A stretch of DNA of 64,000 bases from Clostridia bacterium (GCA_017415805.1 JAFQEC010000008.1:644-64643), one strand, 5' to 3'. Shown: positions 1 through 8,602, counted from the stretch's first letter. Notes: generated by a model from the letters alone, not told the origin. Numbers and translations: made by a program.

Positions 1-1
1 G

Positions 2-379
2 TATCAGCGTATTTTGACCGAGCAGGATCTCCCTGCGGCGGCCGCGCTCTTTGCCGAGATCTCCATGGACGAAATGGATCACTTTCTGCATTTGGGGCAG
101 CTGCTGCAAAAATGGGGTGTTTCGCCCGCCGTTGACACACATTTGCGCGAAAAGCCGATCGCGCTGCTTGCCGACCGCGATTCGCATGTGCCCGTGGTAG
201 TACGGCGCATTCTTTCGGAAAATGCGCGAAACGAGCGCAAGGCGGCCGCAAATTACCGCAGCCTTGCCAACGCGACAGGTGACAGTGCGGCGCGCAGCCT
301 GTTTTTGGAGCTCGCACACGACGAGGAATCGCACGCCGACGCACAGGAGGCGCTGGCACGCAGGCTTGCGCAGTCCTGA
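2..379 (+). CDS. ferritin-like (bacterioferritin/rubrerythrin superfamily) diiron-domain protein; 5' end outside window
   Basis: The frame is open from nt 2, with no stop upstream of the TTG at 14. ExxH-type metal motifs are present (DEMDHF, HDEESH). A hairpin terminator follows. Confidence 0.5.
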   Translation, partial: YQRILTEQDLPAAAALFAEISMDEMDHFLHLGQLLQKWGVSPAVDTHLREKPIALLADRDSHVPVVVRRILSENARNERKAAANYRSLANATGDSAARSLFLELAHDEESHADAQEALARRLAQS

Positions 380-388
380 CCGCATCGC

Positions 389-431
389 ACCCCCAAACAG
401 CTTAATTTCTCACCGTTTGGGGGGTATTTTC
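389..431 (+). terminator. Rho-independent terminator
   Basis: Stem CCCCCAAAC / GTTTGGGGG followed by TATTTT. Confidence 0.6.
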
Positions 432-490
432 GCATAGAGCACCCGTAAGTGCGGAAATACTGTTAAAAAAGATGCAAGGAGGAGCATATC

Positions 491-1444
491 ATGGTGGATA
501 TGCGCAAATGTGCCATCATTGGGTGCGGAAACGTGGGGGCGACCGCGGCCTTCGCCCTCATCGGCAGCGGTCTGTTCTCGGAGATGGTGCTGATCGACAT
601 CAACAAGGAACGCGCCCGCGGTGAAGCCGAGGATCTCGGACACGGCGTTCCGTTTCATGCACCACTGGAGATCTATGCGGGGGAGTACCGCGATCTTGCG
701 GATGCAGGCCTGATCATCATTGCGGCGGGTGCGGCACAAAGAGAGGGCGAAACACGGCTGGATCTGGTGCGCAAAAACACTTCGATTTTCCGCACCGTTA
801 TCGGGGATATTCTCCCCTATAACAGAGAAGCGATCCTGCTGGTGGTGACAAACCCCGTGGATATCCTCACCGAGGTGACGCTGCGTCTCTCGGGCTTTCC
901 CGCGCACCGTGTCATCGGCTCGGGAACGGTGCTGGATACGGCAAGGCTGAAATTTTTGTTGGGCAAACGGCTGGGAGTTGACGCACGTCAGGTGCACGCC
1001 TTCATCATCGGCGAGCACGGCGATACCGAGCTGCCCGTGTACAGCAGTGCGAATATCTCGGGCATTGATCTGGCGCACTTTTGCGGAGACGGTTGCTCGG
1101 AATGCGGGCAAACCGAGCTCGAGGAACTGTTTTATGAGGTGCGCGATGCCGCCTATCACATCATTCGTGCCAAGGGTGCCACCTATTACGCCATCGCAGA
1201 GGCGGTGCGCCGCATCGTGACCGCGATCGTGCGAGATGAGGCGGCGATCCTGCCGCTTTCGGTGGCCACGAATGGTGCGTACGGATATCGCGACCTGTGC
1301 CTGAGCTTGCCCTCGGTGGTAGGTGCGGGCGGTGTGAAGCGCGTGCTGGAGATCCCTCTCTCGGACGAGGAGCGCGCACGGCTGGAGCTTTCCGCCACAC
1401 GCATGCGCGAGGTGCTCAATGACCTGAATCCGGCGCTGCGATAA
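491..1444 (+). CDS. ldh: L-lactate dehydrogenase
   Basis: GGAGG RBS upstream of the ATG. Rossmann motif GCGNVG. LDH hallmarks DLGHG and IIGEHGD. Confidence 0.95.
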   Translation: MVDMRKCAIIGCGNVGATAAFALIGSGLFSEMVLIDINKERARGEAEDLGHGVPFHAPLEIYAGEYRDLADAGLIIIAAGAAQREGETRLDLVRKNTSIFRTVIGDILPYNREAILLVVTNPVDILTEVTLRLSGFPAHRVIGSGTVLDTARLKFLLGKRLGVDARQVHAFIIGEHGDTELPVYSSANISGIDLAHFCGDGCSECGQTELEELFYEVRDAAYHIIRAKGATYYAIAEAVRRIVTAIVRDEAAILPLSVATNGAYGYRDLCLSLPSVVGAGGVKRVLEIPLSDEERARLELSATRMREVLNDLNPALR

Positions 1445-1451
1445 TGCAAAA

Positions 1452-1502
1452 GCACTTGGCGCACCTGCGATTGAGCAGGTGCGCCAAGTGCCTGTTTTTT
1501 AT
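1452..1502. terminator. bidirectional hairpin terminator
   Basis: 17-bp stem GCACTTGGCGCACCTGC / GCAGGTGCGCCAAGTGC, then CTGTTTTTT. It lies between convergent genes. Confidence 0.8.
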
Positions 1503-2516
1503 TTACGCACGCTCCGCGCGGCGGATCGCGGCGGCAACGGCGTCGTTTGTGTTTGTGGGGATCAAGCAAAGATCGGCTGTCTGGCGCGCCACGACGGCAA
1601 AGAGCTCGTGCGCAAAATCGGGGCCGATCTCGTCCACGCCGCTAAAATCCAGCCTTGCCTCGCGAAAGCCCTCGAGCACCGCGCCAAGGCGGCGCGCCTC
1701 GGAGCGCGAAACGGGAAACGCACCGCCAAAGAAGCGTGCCACGGGGATCTCGGTGCGTACAAAGCCTGCGTCGGGATCAATATAGGCATCCATAATAGCC
1801 GAGAGCTCACGCGTGGAATCGTTATCCAGTGCCATCTGCACGGCCGTGCCGCGGAAACGCTCGCCACCGTCGTCCGCTACGTCCTCGGCGTGCGGAGTAA
1901 AGAGCTGCATATCAGAGCGAATGGCGAAATGATCCATCAGGCGCGAGGTGAAGAAAATACCCTGCCCTGCGTGCCCCTCGGGTGCGCCCGTGTAGCCCCC
2001 CGCATAGAGCAGCGAGGCGGCCTCCTCGGTGGTCAGCACGTCGCCCGTGGCTTCCTTATGATCCTGCTGGATGCGGCGGAAAATGCCGATGCCATTATCC
2101 AGAATACCCACGATGGTGCACAGACGGCTGCGACTCACCACGCAGATCACCGCCGAGGCATGCGCGTGCTCGATGGCGTTGTTCAGCATCGCCGTAATGG
2201 CATAGCGCCAGATCTTTTGCACGTTGGCGGGCAGGTCGGCGAGCAGGGGCGCTATATCGCGCGCGAACATTCGGTCCTCGGAGCGCTCACGCGAGGTATC
2301 CAGCGTGAAGCGCGCGGTCTTATAAAGAATGCGGTAGGGCATCGATCCACCGACACGCTCGAGCTCGCCGTTCTCCTGCAAGCGGTTGATGTAATTGTAG
2401 ACCGTGGAGCGTGAGAGCGAAAACGCCTCCATGGTGTGATCCACAAAATCGGGATCTTCCTCAAAAATGCGTTGCAGCAAAAACTTTTCGGCAACCAAGC
2501 GCTCACTTTTTTTCAT
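1503..2516 (-). CDS. wHTH / histidine-kinase-like ATPase / DUF4325 (STAS-like) fusion protein
   Basis: AGGAGG RBS. N-terminal wHTH (STVYNYINRLQENGEL). Bergerat-fold boxes NNAIEH, DNGIGIF, GQGIFF. C-terminal segment resembles DUF4325 (LDFSGVDEIGPDFAHELF). Confidence 0.65.
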   Translation of the reverse strand: MKKSERLVAEKFLLQRIFEEDPDFVDHTMEAFSLSRSTVYNYINRLQENGELERVGGSMPYRILYKTARFTLDTSRERSEDRMFARDIAPLLADLPANVQKIWRYAITAMLNNAIEHAHASAVICVVSRSRLCTIVGILDNGIGIFRRIQQDHKEATGDVLTTEEAASLLYAGGYTGAPEGHAGQGIFFTSRLMDHFAIRSDMQLFTPHAEDVADDGGERFRGTAVQMALDNDSTRELSAIMDAYIDPDAGFVRTEIPVARFFGGAFPVSRSEARRLGAVLEGFREARLDFSGVDEIGPDFAHELFAVVARQTADLCLIPTNTNDAVAAAIRRAERA

Positions 2517-2681
2517 GTCGAGCCCCTCCTAATCGCGATGTTTGTGTTTTTAGTATAACGCGCCTGTTCCAATTTGTCAAGAACGATTTTCCAATTTTTC
2601 ATAATTTTTTTCTATATTGATTCTTTTTTTAATGTCCTTTTTATATTTTTTTCTTTTCGCTTTCAAGAATCGGTTTCACGC

Positions 2682-2710
2682 TTGACAAATAGGCGCAATT
2701 GTGCCATAAT
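2682..2710 (+). promoter_or_regulatory. sigma-A type promoter
   Basis: TTGACA, 17-nt spacer, CATAAT with TG at -15/-14. It sits in an AT-rich spacer upstream of the lipoprotein gene. Confidence 0.6.
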
Positions 2711-2751
2711 AAAATATAGTTGTAGGAATCACGAAAGGAGTCACAAAACAC

Positions 2752-3279
2752 ATGAAGTTGCGTTGCTTGGCGTTGCTATTACTCACGGTGCTCGCCTTTT
2801 CCCTTGTTGGCTGCAACAAGCAGCAAGATGACCCCCCCGCCCCCAAGGTGATCACGCTTCCCTTCCACATCACCGACGAACAGCTTGAGGAGCTGGGGAT
2901 GACGCTTGAGGAGCTGGGCGCGGCCTATCAGAATTACAAGGATGACAAGGTGCTTTGGGTGCTCGTGCGCGATTACGTTTATTTCACCGTAAAGGACGGC
3001 AGCTACATCGCAAGATTGGATCTTGAGGGCGAGGGGCAGGAGCGTCACGTAAAGGATCTCCACCTGATCACCAACAAAAGAGACAAGTGCACCGCTCAAC
3101 AGCTGGAGCAGCTCCCCGACGGCATGACGCTGGATGCCGCCATCAAAACAGCCGGCATGCCCGACGCGCTCACCTCGAAGGGGTATTTTGTGTACCGCAT
3201 AGACGATGCAAGCGTTATCCACCTTGTATGGAACGAGTATCATAATCTCTGTGACGTGCAATTAATTCCGCAAAATTAA
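2752..3279 (+). CDS. hypothetical lipoprotein
   Basis: AAAGGAG RBS. Signal peptide with lipobox LVGC. Hairpin terminator downstream. Confidence 0.65.
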   Translation: MKLRCLALLLLTVLAFSLVGCNKQQDDPPAPKVITLPFHITDEQLEELGMTLEELGAAYQNYKDDKVLWVLVRDYVYFTVKDGSYIARLDLEGEGQERHVKDLHLITNKRDKCTAQQLEQLPDGMTLDAAIKTAGMPDALTSKGYFVYRIDDASVIHLVWNEYHNLCDVQLIPQN

Positions 3280-3282
3280 ATC

Positions 3283-3312
3283 AAGGCCGCCCACACCGTG
3301 GGCGGCCTTTCT
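3283..3312 (+). terminator. Rho-independent terminator
   Basis: Stem AAGGCCGCCCA / GTGGGCGGCCTT followed by a T-rich tail. Confidence 0.7.
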
Positions 3313-3388
3313 GTCCCCCAAAAAAGTCCAAACCAAAGAGAAGGGGCACCCCATGAAAGCGTGCCCCTTTGTGTCGTTTCCCTGTTGC

Positions 3389-3568
3389 TTACTTCTTCAT
3401 GCCCTGCTCGTAGGACTCGATCATCTTCTTGACCATCTGGCCGCCGATGCTGCCTGCCTGACGAGCAGTCAGGTCGCCGTTGTAGCCCTGCTGGAGGTTC
3501 ACACCGACTTCGTTAGCGGCCTCCATCTTGAACTGCTCAAGCGCCTTCTTTGCCTGCTTGTTTGCCAT
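3389..3568 (-). CDS. alpha/beta-type small acid-soluble spore protein
   Basis: 59 aa starting from the internal ATG, with an AGGAGA RBS. It shows the conserved SASP core (KMEAANEVGV, LTARQAGSIGGQMVKKM). The longer ORF in the track has no RBS. Confidence 0.92.
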   Translation of the reverse strand: MANKQAKKALEQFKMEAANEVGVNLQQGYNGDLTARQAGSIGGQMVKKMIESYEQGMKK

Positions 3569-3765
3569 TTCGTTTCTCCTTCGCCCAATGCTTGCCATCG
3601 GTCGGCATCCTCTGTCTACACGCGGCTGGCGTCGGGCTTTATCTATTTTCAAGAGCGCCCGTTTGTTCACGCTGCCGCGTGTACTTGTTCGCTCCGAATA
3701 TATTGTGTGCGGCAATGCAAAACTTATGATTGGCAATTTTTATGGCGAAAATTTGTGTAAAACGC

Positions 3766-3800
3766 AAAGAGCCGCAACGGTCGTTGCGGCTCTTTACTTT
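3766..3800. terminator. bidirectional hairpin terminator
   Basis: Stem AAAGAGCCGCAACG / CGTTGCGGCTCTTT with T-rich flanks on both strands. Confidence 0.75.
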
Positions 3801-3884
3801 TCATACCTTCGGCCGTTGAGTGAAGGTAAAAACGGCCAAGCCTCCGCTTTCCGGGTGGGTAGATACGCTATGCTTGCGCAAATA

Positions 3885-4002
3885 AGCCTTCCCCAGTAGG
3901 GGAAGGGGGACCGCGATAGCGGTGGATGAGGTGTTACTGAATGCCAAGCGAACTCCTCATCCGTCAGCCTTCGGCTGCCACCTTCTCCCACAGGAGAAGG
4001 CA
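3885..4002. repeat. pair of inverted GC-rich double-hairpin modules flanking a central hairpin
   Basis: Module at 3963-4002 (CAGCCTTCGGCTG + CCTTCTCCCACAGGAGAAGG). The same architecture lies inverted at 3885-3925 (CCACCGCTATCGCGG + CCTTCCCCTACTGGGGAAGG on the minus strand). Central hairpin GATGAGG...CCTCATC at 3926-3961. Confidence 0.6.
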
Positions 4003-4068
4003 ATGGAACGCCTTTGTCACATAAAAAGCAGCCCTGCTCCTGCGCTTGACGATCGGTTATGACCGTGC

Positions 4069-5265
4069 TCATTCCAAGGAGTCCAGCTCCTCGAACAGCT
4101 TGCGCACGCCGGGGGCGTTTTTGGTGAGCTTTTTGATGGAGAGATCCTCGGCCTTGTTGTTGGCAAGGCGCAGGTTGTTCTCCGAGGCGAGGAGCGCATC
4201 CTTGGTTTTTTGCAGGTGGTGGATGGTCTTGTCGATCTCGTCAATGGCGGTAGCAAAGCGCTCGCTTGCCAGGCGATAATTGCGCGCAAAGGCCTCCTTG
4301 AAGGCGGTCATATTCTCCTCAAAATGGCGGATATCCAGCTGCTGATCGCGCACGAGCTGCAGCTCGCGCCGATAGTGCAGAGAATGCTGTGCGGCGTTGC
4401 GCAAAAGCGTGATCATGGGGATGAAAAACTGGGGGCGAATGACGTACATCTTGGGGTACTTGTAGGAGACGTCCACGATGCCGTTGTTATACAGCTCGTT
4501 GTCGATCTCCAAGAGCGACACCAGCACCGCGTACTCGCAGTTCTTCTCGCGGCGGTCCTTGTCGAGCTTGGCAAAAAAGTCCTCGTTCTTGTGCTTGGTA
4601 GCGGTGGTGTCCATCTCATTTTTCATCTCGAACATGATCGAGAGCAGCTCGGTGCCGTCCTCGTCGGCCTCGCGGAAGATAAAGTCGCCCTTGCTGCCGC
4701 CCGAGGCATCGTTATCCTTCTCAAAATAGGCGCGCGGAAAGGCGGCCATACGGATCGAGTTGAACTGCGTGAGACAATGCTGCTCCAGGCTCTCGCCCAC
4801 CATCTTGGTGGACTGGCGCGACTTGAAATCCTTGTAATATTCGATCAGCTCGTCCTTGGAGCGCAGCTTTTCCTCGTACTGCTGTTGCAACGCCTTTTCC
4901 TTGAGTTGCCCCTCGGCCTCCTTGCTTTGCAGCTTGCCCCTGAGCTCCGAGATCTCGGATCGCTTTCCCAAAAGCTCTCGCTCCTTCTCGGCGAGCGCCT
5001 CGGTCACGGCGAGCTTTTTCTCGGTCTCGCCCGCGTCCAGCCTTGCTTGCAGGGCCGCGATGGTGCGATCCTTATCGGCCTCGGCCTTCTCCTGCTGTAG
5101 GCGCAAAACCGCCAGCTCGCTCTCGCGCTTGGCGTCCAGCTCCTCGGCACGGCGCGCAAGCTCCTTTTCAAACTCCTTGTCACGCACCTGGCGCGCGATC
5201 TGGGCATATTCGGTCTCATCGACCGCAAAAACTTCTCCGCACTTGGGGCATTTGATCTCTTGCAT
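4069..5265 (-). CDS. DUF2130-like coiled-coil protein with N-terminal zinc ribbon and PD-(D/E)xK-like C-terminal region
   Basis: Start moved to MQEIKCPKCGEVF, which has a GGGAGGAG RBS. Long Glu/Lys/Ala coiled coil. Candidate nuclease motif GDFIF...IMFEMKNE. Confidence 0.7.
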   Translation of the reverse strand: MQEIKCPKCGEVFAVDETEYAQIARQVRDKEFEKELARRAEELDAKRESELAVLRLQQEKAEADKDRTIAALQARLDAGETEKKLAVTEALAEKERELLGKRSEISELRGKLQSKEAEGQLKEKALQQQYEEKLRSKDELIEYYKDFKSRQSTKMVGESLEQHCLTQFNSIRMAAFPRAYFEKDNDASGGSKGDFIFREADEDGTELLSIMFEMKNEMDTTATKHKNEDFFAKLDKDRREKNCEYAVLVSLLEIDNELYNNGIVDVSYKYPKMYVIRPQFFIPMITLLRNAAQHSLHYRRELQLVRDQQLDIRHFEENMTAFKEAFARNYRLASERFATAIDEIDKTIHHLQKTKDALLASENNLRLANNKAEDLSIKKLTKNAPGVRKLFEELDSLE

Positions 5266-5313
5266 GGGGTGCTCCTCCCGTAATTCTTGCAAGGGATTGC
5301 CCCTGCTTCTTTT

Positions 5314-5342
5314 ATTATAGCGCAAAACGTCGGTTTTCGCAA
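5314..5342 (-). promoter_or_regulatory. sigma-A type promoter for the DUF2130 gene
   Basis: TTGCGA, 17-nt spacer, TATAAT on the minus strand. Confidence 0.6.
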
Positions 5343-5363
5343 GGGGTGTTTTCCGCACGCGCT

Positions 5364-5393
5364 AAAAAAGCGGTAGGCAAAGGCCTACCGCTT
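5364..5393 (-). terminator. Rho-independent terminator
   Basis: Stem AAGCGGTAGGC / GCCTACCGCTT followed by TTTTTT on the minus strand. Confidence 0.8.
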
Positions 5394-5397
5394 GATG

Positions 5398-5961
5398 TTA
5401 TGCGCTGTGTTGCTTTTTCATAAGCCTTGTAAGGAGCTCGCAAAGCGGCACGATCAGCATACCCGCAAGCAGATTGCCGATCCCGTGAAGAAGATCGAAC
5501 ACAAAGCCCGAGGCGACCCACGCAACCGTTGTCTTAAAATTCATTCTGAACAGCAACGCTTGTGCGGGCGCGTACAGGATTCCAAATGCCAAGCCGTGCA
5601 AGCAGCATACGATGGGGTAAACAACGCATTTCACCTTTTTCGGCATGCGCCTTGGCAGCAGCATCGTGACCGCCCAAAGGATCGTCCATACATATGTATA
5701 CGGCACCCACCACACATTGAAGCCTGCGTACAAGCCGTTCATCATAACGTAGATGTAGATCGGTATCAGCGCCTTTTTGCGAAAAACGACGGTATAGGTC
5801 ATTGTGAGCATTCCGAGCAGGTGAATGTTCGGCAGGACCTCCATGATGATCTTTGAGCAGAACATGACCGTCGCGAGCATGGCGAACACGGCCATCTCCC
5901 GTATTTGCAACGAGGCGTGCGTTCTTGCCGGTTTTTTATTACTTGGTGTATTCAAGCCCAT
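5398..5961 (-). CDS. polytopic membrane protein, ECF S-component-like (possible corrinoid uptake component)
   Basis: Start chosen at MGLNTP, preceded by a GAAGGAA RBS. About 5-6 hydrophobic helices. It overlaps the upstream DUF4430 gene by 23 nt and lies behind the riboswitch-like leader. Confidence 0.55.
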   Translation of the reverse strand: MGLNTPSNKKPARTHASLQIREMAVFAMLATVMFCSKIIMEVLPNIHLLGMLTMTYTVVFRKKALIPIYIYVMMNGLYAGFNVWWVPYTYVWTILWAVTMLLPRRMPKKVKCVVYPIVCCLHGLAFGILYAPAQALLFRMNFKTTVAWVASGFVFDLLHGIGNLLAGMLIVPLCELLTRLMKKQHSA

Positions 5962-6364
5962 ATGTCGTTCCTTCGGTGATTTCGGTGAGCTCAATGCCGC
6001 TCATAGCGTATTCGCCGTTGACGTAGAACGCCCAGTAGCTCTGATCGACGTCATAGTCTGCGGTAATACCGTTCACGACCTTGATGTACAGGCCGTACGG
6101 GCCCTCTTCTCCTGCGATCAGCCCGTGCTCAAGAAGCGCGGCTCCCACGGTGTCCTTGTCGGTCTTGACGGTGAAGGTCACCAGCTGATCCGCTGCCTTG
6201 ACCTCGACCACAACGGTTTTCGCGCCCTTGCCAAACTCCATATCCTTACGGTAGGTGGCGTTCTCCCACAAGCCCTCTTTTTCAACCGTATTACAGGACA
6301 CAAGTGCAACAATGAAGACGAGCGCGAGAAGGATCAAAAGGGTGGATTTGAGTGTTTGTTTCAT
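5939..6364 (-). CDS. DUF4430-domain lipoprotein (transcobalamin-like binding-domain family)
   Basis: Start at MKQTLKS with an AGAAAGGA RBS. Lipobox LVSC. The C-terminal region (YWAFYVNGEYA...GTTYGLEY) is typical of DUF4430. Confidence 0.7.
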   Translation of the reverse strand: MKQTLKSTLLILLALVFIVALVSCNTVEKEGLWENATYRKDMEFGKGAKTVVVEVKAADQLVTFTVKTDKDTVGAALLEHGLIAGEEGPYGLYIKVVNGITADYDVDQSYWAFYVNGEYAMSGIELTEITEGTTYGLEYTK

Positions 6365-6396
6365 TTTGATTATCCTTTCTGTTTTTTGCAAAAGGA

Positions 6397-6706
6397 TAAA
6401 ATAAAAGTACCCTTCTTGAGGGTACTGCGAAAGCAGCCTTGCCATCCTGCCCATAGCAAAGCGCGGCTCGAGCATCGCATCCCGAACCCTTTATTTTCAC
6501 ACTCTCCCCAATTGCCCAAGAGACCTTTACGTGTCACAAAGCGATAAGCATTCCGACTTGACTGCCAGCAAAGCAAGCAGAGTTACGGCAATGGCTGTTG
6601 CTACGGATTTTCACCGTGATTTCCTTATCCCCGCGCATACCGTCCAGCAGTATGCCCGACAACGAACAGGACCTTCCCGTTCAGATGCTCTGTGTTTATT
6701 CTTTTG
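6397..6706 (-). promoter_or_regulatory. probable cobalamin riboswitch with terminator expression platform
   Basis: Minus-strand leader contains GGGATAAGGAAATCACGGTGAAAATCCGTAGCAACAGCC and a B12-box-like GGCAGTCAAGTCGGAATGC. It ends in hairpin GTACCCTCAAGAAGGGTAC plus TTTTATTTT (6397-6425). A second hairpin can sequester the RBS. Confidence 0.55.
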
Positions 6707-6714
6707 TCATTTGT

Positions 6715-6743
6715 ATTATAGCACGCCACCGCGCGCTTTTCAA
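6715..6743 (-). promoter_or_regulatory. sigma-A type promoter of the riboswitch-controlled operon
   Basis: TTGAAA, 17-nt spacer, TATAAT on the minus strand. Confidence 0.65.
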
Positions 6744-6763
6744 TACATTTTCGCACATTTTTG

Positions 6764-6797
6764 CAAAAAAGCGCCGCAACGGTTACCGTTGCGGCGC
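6764..6797 (-). terminator. Rho-independent terminator
   Basis: Stem GCGCCGCAACGG / CCGTTGCGGCGC followed by TTTTTTGC on the minus strand. Confidence 0.85.
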
Positions 6798-6802
6798 TTG
6801 GC

Positions 6803-8566
6803 TCAGGTAAGGGGAAAGCCCCGAAAGAGCTCGGTATCGGTGCGCTTGTTGCGGTGGTTGGCATAGACGGTGCCCGTGCCATCACCCATATCCTTGAGGT
6901 AGTAGACGGTGTTGGCGTCGGTGTAAAAGCCCAGCACCCCGTCTGCCGCCTTGCGCGGTGCTTCGCCGTTGTCGCTGTAATACAGCTCACCGTCGGTGCG
7001 GTAGTAGCAGAACACGTCGTCCGCGCTCACGGCCAGCGTTTCGGGCAGAACCGCATCGCTGATCGGCTCGGCTACCTTGCCCACACGCAGGGCAAAGAGC
7101 GTGCTGTGATAGTCGGCATACAGCACGCGACTGCCGTCCACGTTCGCACAATACGAGGTCACATCCCAGCACAGCCGTTCCTTTTCCGTCTCTCCTGTGG
7201 GAACGGTGTACAGACTGGTGTGCTGCTCGGATTCGTTCTCGTCGGTGAGCAGGAAGAACACCGACTTGTCGGTCACTGTGACGGTTGCTTCGGCGTCCAC
7301 AAAGGAGACCTCGGCAAGCTCTCCCTTACGGTTCATATAGACCATCATCCGCTTGCCCGATGCCGCGTTTTTCAGATAGTAATTTTGCAGGAAGCTGCGC
7401 ATCATGTACTGCTGTGCCGCCCCCACCTCACGCACGTGCACGCGCTGATTGGGCAGGAGCGTGAGGGACTGCTCGGCGGAAAGCGATGCGAATTGCACAC
7501 GCTCGCCCTTGCGGTAGAGCTTCATCCCCCCCTCGTCGTGGAACAGGATCTCGGAAAAATCGGCGTTGAAGGCAATTCCGCCCGATCGCGGCCACGTGCC
7601 GCATTTGGTGATATAGGAATCCTTTTTCTTGCCGTTGTAGACCCAGATGAAGCCATCGGCATCCACGTAGTAGAGATAGTCGGAATCGTTTGAAACGGCA
7701 AGCGGCCACAGATCCTCGGTATACTTGAGCTCGGGCTTGTTACCCGAACGCGAATGCACGTCCACGCGCATTTGCTCGCCGTGCAGATACGTATAGAACA
7801 GCTCCTTGCCGTCGGGCGAGAGCACATACGCTGCATCCTGCGGCGTCTTGGGCGTGATCTTTGCGACGCCGTCCTTCTTGCCGATCGCACAGTAATAAAG
7901 CGCGGTGTCGGCGGTGCGGTAGGCAAGCACCGTACCGTCCGAGGCCAGCGTGAAATCGGCGACCGAAGACACAATCGGCTCGACCTCATTCCCCTTGATA
8001 ACATACAGGGTATCTTGGATCAGCGCGGCGCACACGCGGCCCGTGCGATCGTAACAGGCTTCGGCCAGCTTGCCTGTTACACGGGCGCGCTCGGTGCTGT
8101 TTACTGCCACAACGGTGGTATTTTCGGCCTCGTCGTAAAAGAATTGCACCGAGCGCGTGCGCTCGGAATATGCCGCAGGGCGGTACAGAAAGATCAGGAC
8201 CGAAGCGGCCAGCACAGCTGCCGTGATCAAGAGCACCAGAACGCGTGACCAAAAGCGGCGGCGCTCTCCCTCGGCAAAGTGGATCGGGGGAACGGCGGGA
8301 GCGACCGCCGTCCCGTCACTCTGCACGGGCAGGGCTTGGGTTGGGGGCGGCAGGGCCGCGGTCGCGGTCTGCTCCTGCACGGGCTTTATCTCCTTTACGG
8401 GGGCGGCATCGCTCTTTGCCGCATCGGTCTGTTTATTCGCGGCAGACGTGCTTTTTTTCGTGCTGGTGCGCTTGGGCGCGGGCGCTTTTTCGGGAGTCGT
8501 GCTCACCTCGGGCGCGACCGAAACATCCGCGATATCGGGGCTTTGCGGTTTCTTCTTTTGTGCCAT
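6803..8566 (-). CDS. single-pass membrane protein with Pro/Ala/Lys-rich cytoplasmic head and TolB/PD40-like beta-propeller ectodomain
   Basis: Start at MAQKKKP with an AAAGGAGGAG RBS. TM helix VLVLLITAAVLAASVLIFLY. Repeated SPDGK/DGT...LYY strands. Confidence 0.6.
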   Translation of the reverse strand: MAQKKKPQSPDIADVSVAPEVSTTPEKAPAPKRTSTKKSTSAANKQTDAAKSDAAPVKEIKPVQEQTATAALPPPTQALPVQSDGTAVAPAVPPIHFAEGERRRFWSRVLVLLITAAVLAASVLIFLYRPAAYSERTRSVQFFYDEAENTTVVAVNSTERARVTGKLAEACYDRTGRVCAALIQDTLYVIKGNEVEPIVSSVADFTLASDGTVLAYRTADTALYYCAIGKKDGVAKITPKTPQDAAYVLSPDGKELFYTYLHGEQMRVDVHSRSGNKPELKYTEDLWPLAVSNDSDYLYYVDADGFIWVYNGKKKDSYITKCGTWPRSGGIAFNADFSEILFHDEGGMKLYRKGERVQFASLSAEQSLTLLPNQRVHVREVGAAQQYMMRSFLQNYYLKNAASGKRMMVYMNRKGELAEVSFVDAEATVTVTDKSVFFLLTDENESEQHTSLYTVPTGETEKERLCWDVTSYCANVDGSRVLYADYHSTLFALRVGKVAEPISDAVLPETLAVSADDVFCYYRTDGELYYSDNGEAPRKAADGVLGFYTDANTVYYLKDMGDGTGTVYANHRNKRTDTELFRGFPLT

Positions 8567-8602
8567 ATGCTCCTCCTTTGGATTCGCAAAATATCTGCTT
8601 TT

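Noticed and set aside
3794-4072. 92-aa minus-strand ORF across the hairpin-repeat spacer
   Set aside because: Its translation is Pro/Ser/Gly-rich and tracks the GC-rich hairpins. It has no RBS, so I treat the region as a structured repeat, not a gene. I also considered SRP RNA, 6S RNA and tmRNA here. I could not find the SRP GGAAG/AGCA domain IV motif or a tmRNA tag/CCA architecture.
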